From IMG/VR virus record IMGVR_UViG_3300023174_000048, positions 32,001 to 96,000 of that record: DNA of 64,000 nt. One strand, written 5' to 3'. Position 1 is the first letter of the stretch. Every line of letters starts with the position of its first letter. Below are positions 56,335 to 64,000 of this stretch, piece by piece. Under the pieces are notes generated by a model. The model worked only from the letters and a program-made list of their open reading frames with translations. It made no database searches and was not told where the DNA came from. Both the position numbers and the translations under genes were made by a program. The DNA is from a virus (taxonomy: Duplodnaviria > Caudoviricetes).

Positions 56335-57260
56335 TGCCAAGATTTTCACCACAAGAATTATATGATAATTATCGCAAAGGTTTTAGTGGATGCTTGTGGG
56401 AGCAGCATGTATTTGACGGACTGATGCAAAATAGCAAGTATCCATTATTTGGCGATGCTAGCAAAAAAATTAAAAGTAGTGGTAAGGGTAAATTGTCAAC
56501 ACCATACAAGAGTGTTCTAAAATTTGAGAAAAGTCCTTACAATGAAAGACAAACTACTGGAGATTGTGTTAGTCATGGAACACGAAATGCTTGTGATGTT
56601 AGTCGGGCTGTCGAAATAGATGTAAATGGAGAAAAAGAAGCTTGGGTGGCTAAAGGAGCAACAGAAGCTATTTATGGAGCAAGAGGTCATGGTGGAGAAG
56701 GAATGAGTTGCTCTAGGGCTGCTGAATTTGTTAGTAAAAATGGCGGCATAATACTAAGACAAAATTATAAGGGAGTAGCCGACTTTACTAAGTATAATGG
56801 TAATCTAGGGGCTGGTTGGGGAGGACGAGGATTACCAGATAAGGTTATTGACTTAGCTAATGACCATCAAATTAAAACAACAAGTTTAATAAAAACAGTA
56901 GAAGAAGCAAGAGATGCTTTAGCTAATGGTTATGGTTTAGCAGTATGTTCTAATTATGGATTTAGTAATAAACGAGACAAGAAGGGCATTGCGAATACTA
57001 GTGGAAGCTGGGGCCATTGTATGGCTTGGATAGCATGCGATGATACCGGCAGTGAACCACTATTCTTAGTTCAAAATAGCTGGGGAAAATGGAATGATGG
57101 TGGCCATCCAGAATGGGGCCCCATACCAGACGGCAGTTTTTTAATACGAGCCGACGTAGCAGCAGGGATGCTTTCACAAAATGGAAGTTATGCGTTTAGT
57201 AATTTTGACGGATTCCCTGTACAAAAGCTACCATCTTACGGTTTTGAAGACTATCTATAA
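56334..57260 (+). CDS. papain-like (C1) cysteine protease
   Basis: RQTTGDCVSHG (Q, C), WGHCM (H), VQNSWG (N). Confidence 0.85.
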   Translation: MPRFSPQELYDNYRKGFSGCLWEQHVFDGLMQNSKYPLFGDASKKIKSSGKGKLSTPYKSVLKFEKSPYNERQTTGDCVSHGTRNACDVSRAVEIDVNGEKEAWVAKGATEAIYGARGHGGEGMSCSRAAEFVSKNGGIILRQNYKGVADFTKYNGNLGAGWGGRGLPDKVIDLANDHQIKTTSLIKTVEEARDALANGYGLAVCSNYGFSNKRDKKGIANTSGSWGHCMAWIACDDTGSEPLFLVQNSWGKWNDGGHPEWGPIPDGSFLIRADVAAGMLSQNGSYAFSNFDGFPVQKLPSYGFEDYL

Positions 57261-57290
57261 TATAGTGGCCTAAAAGCTAACCTTAGGTTT

Positions 57291-57300
57291 GGTGTATTAT
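57291..57300 (+). promoter_or_regulatory. GGTGTATTAT motif
   Basis: Intergenic, before ORF 57324. Confidence 0.55.
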
Positions 57301-57323
57301 ATTTATACCTTTAGGGTTATATT

Positions 57324-57518
57324 ATGAAACTTTTAGATAGAATTGCTTTAAATAATCTATTACGAATAATAAGAGATCTTATTATACGAATGGTTGACTT
57401 TTTTGAAAAACAACAAAAACCAGTTAAGCCACAGCCCAAACCAAGTCCTAATAGACCTCGACCTTTGAAAAATATTATCGACTTGATACCTGTTCCATGG
57501 AGAACAAAAGATGAATAA
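57324..57518 (+). CDS. small hypothetical protein
   Basis: Amphipathic N-helix with Pro-rich C-terminus. Confidence 0.6.
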   Translation: MKLLDRIALNNLLRIIRDLIIRMVDFFEKQQKPVKPQPKPSPNRPRPLKNIIDLIPVPWRTKDE

Positions 57519-57858
57519 AATACTATTACCAATTTTAGCAGTTGCTATGATATTTGGCTCATATGGATATCACGGATCAACAACTTCCGCAGTAACTCTT
57601 GTGGGCGGCATTGTTAAAGCACAACATACTGAGAGTGTAAAAAAATATAGACGCAAAGATTGTCCAGTATGTAAGGGTACTGGCTATTATATTAGTGGAG
57701 ATAAAATTACAAAAGTAAATTGTGGATATTGTATTCCTGACAAGAGTGATGCTCCAAAAAATCAAGTACAAAAAGAATATCCAAAAGTTATTGTTCATCC
57801 TCCAGCAACTATTCAACAAAATTGCCCAGATGGTGTTTGTCCAATTCCTAAAAAATAA
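57511..57858 (+). CDS. exported Cys-rich protein
   Basis: Signal peptide; DnaJ-like CPVCKGTG...CGYC; terminal CPDGVCP. Confidence 0.7.
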   Translation: MNKILLPILAVAMIFGSYGYHGSTTSAVTLVGGIVKAQHTESVKKYRRKDCPVCKGTGYYISGDKITKVNCGYCIPDKSDAPKNQVQKEYPKVIVHPPATIQQNCPDGVCPIPKK

Positions 57859-57868
57859 AGGCATAACA

Positions 57869-58267
57869 ATGGACGATAATCTCAGAGAAAAATTAAAAGC
57901 TATAGCAGAAAAAGTGTTAAGACAAGCAAATGTGCCAAATGATGAAAAATTTGGTAGTGTTATTGCTATACTAATGATGATTAGTATAATACTCACAGTA
58001 ATTAGAGTATTACAAGAATGCAATAAAAATAAAACACAAGATATGACATCAGAGAACAAACAATCCCTCTATGCTGAAAATATCAGATCTTATAGCAAAA
58101 GGCGTGGTTGGTTTACTAGACTAAGAATAAAAAGAATTCTTAAAAGAGAACTGACCTCAGAAGAATATAATAAATATGGCATTAAATTAACAGAAGCATT
58201 GTTAGATATAGGAGAAACCCTCAAGGATGATGAAGTATCAACTCTAATGGAGGCAGCAAATGTTTAG
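57869..58267 (+). CDS. membrane protein
   Basis: One TM (SVIAILMMISIILTVIRVL); ATG 57869 after AAAGG. Confidence 0.65.
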   Translation: MDDNLREKLKAIAEKVLRQANVPNDEKFGSVIAILMMISIILTVIRVLQECNKNKTQDMTSENKQSLYAENIRSYSKRRGWFTRLRIKRILKRELTSEEYNKYGIKLTEALLDIGETLKDDEVSTLMEAANV

Positions 58268-58514
58268 TTTATTAATATGGTGTGTTTATGGTATATTTAC
58301 CGGCAGTATTGCCAAGGCCCTAGTTCCTGGGGAAGAAAATTTTGGTTTTGTAAAAACAGTAGCGCTAGGAGTTGCTGGATCTTATATGGGAGGAGCCATA
58401 TTATATATGTTAGGAAAATATGAGTCATTATCTCCAACTGGTTTATTTATGGGAGTGGCAGGATCAGTTCTAACTCTGGTGCTGTATAACAAACTCGCCA
58501 CAAAACCATCTTGA
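58260..58514 (+). CDS. GlsB/YeaQ/YmgE (transglycosylase-associated) membrane protein
   Basis: G...GSIAKALVPG...TVALGVAGSYMGG...GVAGSVLTL. Confidence 0.8.
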   Translation: MFSLLIWCVYGIFTGSIAKALVPGEENFGFVKTVALGVAGSYMGGAILYMLGKYESLSPTGLFMGVAGSVLTLVLYNKLATKPS

Positions 58515-58538
58515 CTTATTGCACGGATCGCATATAAT
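58511..58538 (+). promoter_or_regulatory. sigma70-type promoter, 16-bp spacer
   Basis: TTGACT (58511-58516), 16 nt, TATAAT (58533-58538); heads the nucleotide metabolism genes. Confidence 0.75.
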
Positions 58539-58544
58539 ACTGTC

Positions 58545-59012
58545 ATGCGACCATCATGGACAGATTACTTTTTAGGCTTGGCAAAAGTTGTTTCTCAACG
58601 AAGCCATGACATCCAAACTCAACATGGTTGTGTGATTACAGATAACCATAATAGGATATTAGGTGTTGGTTATAATGGATTTGCTCGTGGTCTTGATGAT
58701 ACTAAATTGCCAAATATTAGGCCAGACAAATATCCATGGATGATTCACGCAGAAAGAAATGCTTTGTCAAATTGTATTGTTAGGCCAGATAGTGGAATAG
58801 CATATGTTACTGGCCAATGTTGCAATGACTGCATTATGGCATTATGGCAGGAAGGTGTGACAAAAGTATTTATGATCGATGATCATGGAACAAAATTATT
58901 TGATACCGAAGCAAAAAATAGATTTGATACATTTGTAAATATGAGCGGTATAGAAATTTTTTATCTTAAACCAGATTTGTCATGGCTCAAAGATTTGTGT
59001 GGTGTATTATGA
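58545..59012 (+). CDS. dCMP deaminase
   Basis: WTDYFLGLA..VSQRS, GCVI, GYNG, HAERNA, CCNDC. Confidence 0.9.
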   Translation: MRPSWTDYFLGLAKVVSQRSHDIQTQHGCVITDNHNRILGVGYNGFARGLDDTKLPNIRPDKYPWMIHAERNALSNCIVRPDSGIAYVTGQCCNDCIMALWQEGVTKVFMIDDHGTKLFDTEAKNRFDTFVNMSGIEIFYLKPDLSWLKDLCGVL

Positions 59013-59146
59013 ATGCATTAGTATATTATATATCATGTGGAATATATTTCTACAACAGGTGGTTTAATGGTAGCTCAGAAACTACAGATCTTTCTTTTCA
59101 AGCCACTGTCTTAATAGGCATAATTGTAATTTTAAATAGGAGATAG
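59009..59146 (+). CDS. 45-aa membrane peptide (not in ORF track)
   Basis: MNALVYYISCGIYFYNRWF...ATVLIGIIVILNRR*; start overlaps the upstream stop and it ends just before nrdJ. Confidence 0.5.
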   Translation: MNALVYYISCGIYFYNRWFNGSSETTDLSFQATVLIGIIVILNRR

Positions 59147-59147
59147 T

Positions 59148-61337
59148 ATGTCGGCACTTCAAGAACTTCAGAATTATACATTTGTTAGTAAGTATGCTCG
59201 TTGGATAGAAGATAAGAATCGCAGAGAAACATGGAAGGAAGCTGTTGATCGCGTCAAAAATATGATGCATACCCAGTATCCTGAAGTAAAAGAAGATATT
59301 GATTGGGCATATGATATGATGTATAAGAAGAAGGTTCTAGGTAGCCAGAGAGCGCTCCAATTTGGTGGCGAACCAATCCTAAAAAGACATGCAAAAATAT
59401 ATAACTGCACAAGTTCATATTGTGATCGACTAAGATTTTTCCAAGAGTGTTTCTGGCTGCTCTTATGCGGCAGCGGAACAGGATTTAGTGTTCAAAAACA
59501 CCACGTTTCTAAACTACCAACGCTAGAACATGAGATTCCTGACAATAACGAAGGAATCAAATATGTAATAGAAGATAGTATTGAAGGTTGGGCAGATGCT
59601 CTAGGCGTTCTTCTTAGCTCATATTTTAGTAAGCCAATTGAAGAATTCAAAATGTACAAAAATACCTATGTTGTTTTTGATTATTCAAATATTAGACCAA
59701 AGGGATCATCATTAGCAAGTGGAGTAGGAAAGGCCCCCGGATTCGAGCCATTACAAAATGGATTAGAGAAGATCAGAACTCTGCTAGATCGTTGTGTTGC
59801 TAATGGTCAAAAGAAACTACGACCAATTGACGCGTATGATATTGTTATGCATAGTAGCGATGCTGTTTTGAGCGGTGGAGTTAGACGCTCTGCTAGTCTT
59901 GCTTTATTTAGTCCTGACGATGAAGAAATGGCAAAAGCAAAAACTGGTAATTGGTATATAGACAACCCACAAAGAGCACGAAGTAATAATTCGGCACTTC
60001 TACTTAAAAACGAAACAACACTTGAAGAGTTTCAAGAATTAATGGAGAGCGTTAAAGAATTTGGAGAACCAGGATTTATTTGGAGCGACTCAACAGAAAT
60101 GACATTTAATCCTTGTGTAGAAGTTGGAATGTGGCCAGTTGATGAAGAGACTGGAAAGAGTGGATGGCAAGGATGTAATCTATCTACTATCAATTGTTCG
60201 TCTATTGAAGATGAAGATGATTTTTATGAAAGATGCAAGGCCGCTGCTATTATAGGAACTTTACAAGCTGGATTCACTAAACTAGATTATCTTGGAGAGA
60301 TCACTTGCAGAATCTTTGAAAGAGAAGCTCTACTCGGAGTTTCATTAACTGGAACAATGGAAAAGCATGATCTTATTCTTTCAGAAAAAGTTCTTCGTGC
60401 TGGGGCTAAGATTGCAGTTGAAACAAATAAAGATCTTTCCAAAAAGATAAAAATTAATCAAGCAGCAAGAGTAACATGCTTAAAGCCAGAAGGAACAAGT
60501 TCTAGTATGCTTGGAACAAGCTCTGGCATCCACCCACATCATGCTAAACGATATATAAGACACGTACAGGCCAATGTTTTAGAAGCACCATACCAACACT
60601 TCAAAAAACTAAACCCACAAGCCTGTGAAAAGTCTAGTTGGTCAGCAAATAACACAGACGAAGTAATTAAGTTCCCAATAGAAGTACCAGACGGTGCTAA
60701 ATTAAAGAATCAATTACCGGCTGTTGAAATGTTGTCTATTGTTAAAGACACTCAAAAGAACTGGGTTCAAAGTGGCAAGAATAGATCATTATGCACACAA
60801 GAATATTTAAGCCATAATGTTAGTAATACTGTCACTGTTAAGCCGGATGAATGGGACGATGTTATAAAATATATTTATGATAATCGTAAGTATTTTGCTG
60901 GTATCAGTTTAATTCCACAAAGTGGAGACAAAGACTATACTCAGGCTCCATTCACAACAGTTTATACTAGTCGTGAAATAGTTAAAGAATACGGTGACGC
61001 TGCACTATGGTGCTCTGGATTAATTGAGTTAGGATTGAATGCTTTTAATAATAATCTATGGGCAGCGTGTGACTATGTTAGTATGAATCAAGCAAAAGAT
61101 AATGATAGTCAAGATAAACTTTTATTTGTAAATAAAATGAAAACGTTTGCTGGAAAATATTTTGAAGGAGACACTAAGCGTCTAACATATTGCATGAAAG
61201 ATGTTTACAATTGGAAAATATATTGTGATCTCTATAATGGATTTAAGAAAGTAGACTATACACAACTTTTGGAAAATGAAGATAATACTGTTGGTATAGA
61301 AGAAATAAGTTGTGCTGGTGGGGCCTGTTTACTATAG
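59148..61337 (+). CDS. nrdJ: class II (B12-dependent) ribonucleotide reductase, monomeric RTPR type
   Basis: YARW, IYNCT, SGGVRRSA, NPCVE, GCNL, KPEGT, C-terminal CAGGAC; no intein seen. Confidence 0.9.
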   Translation: MSALQELQNYTFVSKYARWIEDKNRRETWKEAVDRVKNMMHTQYPEVKEDIDWAYDMMYKKKVLGSQRALQFGGEPILKRHAKIYNCTSSYCDRLRFFQECFWLLLCGSGTGFSVQKHHVSKLPTLEHEIPDNNEGIKYVIEDSIEGWADALGVLLSSYFSKPIEEFKMYKNTYVVFDYSNIRPKGSSLASGVGKAPGFEPLQNGLEKIRTLLDRCVANGQKKLRPIDAYDIVMHSSDAVLSGGVRRSASLALFSPDDEEMAKAKTGNWYIDNPQRARSNNSALLLKNETTLEEFQELMESVKEFGEPGFIWSDSTEMTFNPCVEVGMWPVDEETGKSGWQGCNLSTINCSSIEDEDDFYERCKAAAIIGTLQAGFTKLDYLGEITCRIFEREALLGVSLTGTMEKHDLILSEKVLRAGAKIAVETNKDLSKKIKINQAARVTCLKPEGTSSSMLGTSSGIHPHHAKRYIRHVQANVLEAPYQHFKKLNPQACEKSSWSANNTDEVIKFPIEVPDGAKLKNQLPAVEMLSIVKDTQKNWVQSGKNRSLCTQEYLSHNVSNTVTVKPDEWDDVIKYIYDNRKYFAGISLIPQSGDKDYTQAPFTTVYTSREIVKEYGDAALWCSGLIELGLNAFNNNLWAACDYVSMNQAKDNDSQDKLLFVNKMKTFAGKYFEGDTKRLTYCMKDVYNWKIYCDLYNGFKKVDYTQLLENEDNTVGIEEISCAGGACLL

Positions 61338-61363
61338 AACAATTTATAACTTATACTTATAAA

Positions 61364-61374
61364 GGTGTATTATA
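61364..61374 (+). promoter_or_regulatory. GGTGTATTATA motif
   Basis: Intergenic, about 45 nt before phoH. Confidence 0.55.
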
Positions 61375-61416
61375 AAGTAGTATTTTAATACTCCTTATAT
61401 AAGAAAAGGGCACACA

Positions 61417-62148
61417 TTGAGAAAAACTAATAAAAACTCAAAGAAAAAAACTAGGGTTATTGATGCAACAAATAGTTTGGAGCCCAAAGGAGCCGCTTAT
61501 AGGAATCGATTAAAACCAAGAACTGAAAATCAAAAAGAATATATAAGGACTGTTGCAGAAAATACTATTACGTTTTGTCAAGGACTAGCCGGTAGTGGTA
61601 AAACACATATTGCTATTGGAATGGCTCTTGAATATCTTTTAGACGAAAAAGTAAAAAAGATTATTATCACAAGACCAATATTAGAAGCCGGAGAAAAAAT
61701 GGGATATCTCCCAGGATCAGCAGAAGAAAAATTACATCCTTATCTATTGCCGATACTAGATGAAATTGGACACTTCATAAGTTCGGCACATTATGCTTCA
61801 CTAAGATTGAATAATAAAGTTGAAGTCGTGCCACTCGGACTCATGAGAGGTCGTAATTTTCATAATGCTTTTATTGTTGCTGATGAGTGCCAAAACGCAT
61901 CATATGAACAATTAAAAATGTTAATAACAAGAACAGGACAATCTAGTAAAATGGTTTTAACTGGTGACGTTGCTCAGTCTGACCTAAGCAGACATTTGCA
62001 AGGTGGTTTTAGTGATATGATATCAGCCCTTAATGGAGTTGAAGGTATAGGTTATTCTAAATTAGAAGCCTCAGATATTGTAAGAAATCCAATTATCTCT
62101 AAAATCTTATATAGACTTGATGATTATGAGCAGCAAAGCCGAAAATAG
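61417..62148 (+). CDS. phoH: PhoH family ATPase
   Basis: PRTENQKEY, GLAGSGKT, ITRP..EAGE..GYLPG, MRGRNF, ADECQN, TGDVAQSDL; TTG start. Confidence 0.93.
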   Translation: MRKTNKNSKKKTRVIDATNSLEPKGAAYRNRLKPRTENQKEYIRTVAENTITFCQGLAGSGKTHIAIGMALEYLLDEKVKKIIITRPILEAGEKMGYLPGSAEEKLHPYLLPILDEIGHFISSAHYASLRLNNKVEVVPLGLMRGRNFHNAFIVADECQNASYEQLKMLITRTGQSSKMVLTGDVAQSDLSRHLQGGFSDMISALNGVEGIGYSKLEASDIVRNPIISKILYRLDDYEQQSRK

Positions 62149-62716
62149 TAAATGCTTATTATTAAACGCAGACTATGCCCCTCTGAGAATAATATCTTGG
62201 CAGAGGGCTATAGTTTGGTCTATTAGATATGAAGATAATAAAAATTATGGTATTGAAATATTATCATATTATAAAGATAAGCATATTCAAGGATCTGCCG
62301 GAAAACAATATCCAGTTCCAGCAGTAGCCAAAACTCTTAGATTCTTTAATATGTATGATAGAAAGATTAATTTTTCGAGACATAATTTATTTATTAGAGA
62401 TAATCATACATGTCAATATTGTGGAATTCAATTGTGCTCTTCACAATTAACATATGATCATATAGTTCCAAAATGTAGATTTAACGAGAACAAAAGACTA
62501 TCAACAAATTGGAAGAATATAGTGACCGCTTGTAGACCCTGTAATCACAAGAAGGGTAATAGGACGCCAAAAGAAGCAGGAATGAAACTGATAAACTCAC
62601 CAATAGAACCAAATTACTCATTAGAGTACTTGCCTTGGTTTCAGGAAGTCTCTACTATAAGGGGCGGACCTTCGTATGAATTATGGAAACCTTTTATAAA
62701 TATACAATATGCATGA
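62117..62716 (+). CDS. HNH endonuclease (McrA-like)
   Basis: LLLNADYAPL, RDNHTCQYCG, TYDHIVP, NIVTACRPCNHKKGNRTPKEAGM. Confidence 0.9.
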   Translation: MMIMSSKAENSKCLLLNADYAPLRIISWQRAIVWSIRYEDNKNYGIEILSYYKDKHIQGSAGKQYPVPAVAKTLRFFNMYDRKINFSRHNLFIRDNHTCQYCGIQLCSSQLTYDHIVPKCRFNENKRLSTNWKNIVTACRPCNHKKGNRTPKEAGMKLINSPIEPNYSLEYLPWFQEVSTIRGGPSYELWKPFINIQYA

Positions 62717-63116
62717 TTTTATTTTTAATTCAAAACCCTCTGACATATCAGAGATGTTTTATTGTTTGAAGGGTAAAGAGGACTTTATTGATCCTGAAGG
62801 AAATCCAAGAGTATCAGATAAAGATTCTGATATCATAGCGGCTAAATGCGTACAGAATAAAAAATCAAAAAGTTTTCAAGCAGCATCAAACAACTATAGT
62901 TACTATATTAGAACAACTCCAAATGCAGCTCTATTTAATCCAATAGAAAAACTCTCTCCAATTAAAGATAAAAGACAATTTGATTTTATTGACTCTACAT
63001 GTAAGGATAAGTGGATGTTTGTTGAAGTTGGAAAAACAACATTTGATAAGTATATTAAATTTTTGGTTACAAAAAACATTTCTTGGCTAAAGGAAGCTAA
63101 TAGAGACTTGAAGTAA
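62709..63116 (+). CDS. hypothetical protein (paralog of ORF 63805)
   Basis: DFIF, FYCLKGKEDFIDPEGNPR. Confidence 0.7.
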   Translation: MHDFIFNSKPSDISEMFYCLKGKEDFIDPEGNPRVSDKDSDIIAAKCVQNKKSKSFQAASNNYSYYIRTTPNAALFNPIEKLSPIKDKRQFDFIDSTCKDKWMFVEVGKTTFDKYIKFLVTKNISWLKEANRDLK

Positions 63117-63118
63117 TT

Positions 63119-63463
63119 ATGCCAACCTACTCATACGGCTGTGAAAAATGTGGTGCTGAATTTGAGCTATTCTTTTATATTAAAGATTACCAAAGCACTC
63201 CAAAATGTTCTATTTGTGAATCCAAACGAACATACAGATGCTATATTAAGGATGTAGCAACACAGAACACATCTGTTAAAAAGTCAGATACAGAACTAAA
63301 AACTATTGGTGATTTAGCCAATAGAAATAGAGACAAAATGAGCGAGGATGAAAAGATAGCCTTACATAATAAGCATAATTCTTATAAAGAAGAGCAGCCA
63401 GTTAATGAACTGCCAAAAGGAATGAAAAGACTAAAGAAACAACCAAAGATTAAGTGGAAATAA
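63119..63463 (+). CDS. FmdB-like zinc-ribbon protein
   Basis: MPTYSYGCEKCGAEFE...CSIC. Confidence 0.75.
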   Translation: MPTYSYGCEKCGAEFELFFYIKDYQSTPKCSICESKRTYRCYIKDVATQNTSVKKSDTELKTIGDLANRNRDKMSEDEKIALHNKHNSYKEEQPVNELPKGMKRLKKQPKIKWK

Positions 63464-63464
63464 T

Positions 63465-63812
63465 ATGAAAGAAATAACACCAGAAGAAAAAGATAGTATT
63501 ATTAATGCTCTTGACAGTATTAGAAAGCAGATGAGTGGTCAAGATTTATCAGACTATATTTCTAAAGACAATACTAAGCTCATAGAGTGTAAGCACGAAA
63601 TAGTGATTAGTGTTGTTGCTAGTATTTTTGAAGAAGACGATACTGGTAATCTCATTGGAGCTAAAGAAATATCTAAAAAGAACTATCATATTCCAGTTCC
63701 GTCAAATAAAAAATATGAAGACTATCTACATGGATTTTTTAACTTTTTAGAAAATTGTATGTCATCATCATTAGAAAAAGTAGAAGAACAAGAGGAAACA
63801 AAAAATGGATGA
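63465..63812 (+). CDS. hypothetical protein
   Basis: Coupled ORF. Confidence 0.65.
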   Translation: MKEITPEEKDSIINALDSIRKQMSGQDLSDYISKDNTKLIECKHEIVISVVASIFEEDDTGNLIGAKEISKKNYHIPVPSNKKYEDYLHGFFNFLENCMSSSLEKVEEQEETKNG

Positions 63813-64000
63813 TTTTATTTTTAGTCCAAAACAAAAAACAGATTCGACAGACACCAACTATTATTGTATGGCCGGATCAGAAAACTATACTGATGGAGAT
63901 GGATTTCCAAGATCAGAAAAAGACGGAAAGAATGTTCTTGCTAAAAGAATATTTAAAACAAATTCTCAGCCGCAATATTTTATTAAGATATCCAATAGCA
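63805..64000 (+). CDS. 5' part of hypothetical protein (truncated by window end)
   Basis: MDDFIFSPKQ...YYCMAGSENYTDGDGFPR, open to the end of the window. Confidence 0.65.
   Translation, partial: MDDFIFSPKQKTDSTDTNYYCMAGSENYTDGDGFPRSEKDGKNVLAKRIFKTNSQPQYFIKISNS

Noticed and set aside
57268-57290. Terminator hairpin CCTAA...TTAGG
   Set aside because: Short stem with a large loop and only three Ts; too weak to call.
59148-61337. Intein or intron in nrdJ
   Set aside because: 729 aa is a normal size and no splicing motifs or frame breaks were seen.
1-64000. Stop-codon reassignment
   Set aside because: Conserved genes are full length in the standard code, coding density is high, and TAA, TAG and TGA all end genes.
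1-64000. Eukaryotic giant virus or bacterial chromosome origin (suggested by GT60, actin fold, mucin repeats)
   Set aside because: Sigma70 promoters, SD sites, rIIAB, phoH, a sigma factor and phage-like gene packing point to a bacteriophage; no NCLDV core genes or bacterial housekeeping operons were seen.

Overview
AT-rich segment of a large tailed bacteriophage (jumbo/T4-like gene repertoire), almost all on the + strand except an inverted block at 25.8-31.9 kb. Evidence for phage origin: rIIA/rIIB, phoH, class II nrdJ, dCMP deaminase, guaC, clpP, a sigma-like factor, a tRNA-Leu(UAA), sigma70-type promoters and SD sites, and no ribosomal or housekeeping operons. Layout: 0-9 kb small genes, rIIAB and a RepB-like primase, where rIIAB and the small HTH gene avoid TTA codons; 9.5-12.3 kb Zn-finger/RuvA-CTD gene, ruvB, a membrane protein and an actin-fold ATPase; 12.3-23.9 kb two giant Pro/Thr-repeat (mucin-like) proteins; 24-26 kb HNH plus two proteases; 26-44.5 kb about 14 glycosyltransferase/sugar-modifying genes including a GT60-like polypeptide GlcNAc transferase; 44.5-58.5 kb probable late genes (degenerate bacterioferritin, PAP2, sigma, ClpP, degenerate DeoC, fibre, proteases, membrane proteins); 58.5-64 kb nucleotide metabolism. 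Best candidates for novelty: a possible mucin-type protein O-glycosylation system, a RuvB adaptor with a swapped DNA-binding domain next to an actin-like ATPase, a TTA-codon gate linked to the phage tRNA, a recurring GGTGTATT upstream motif, a minimal tRNA-like RNA, and two pseudo-enzymes. All family calls come from motif recognition by eye; no database search was run.
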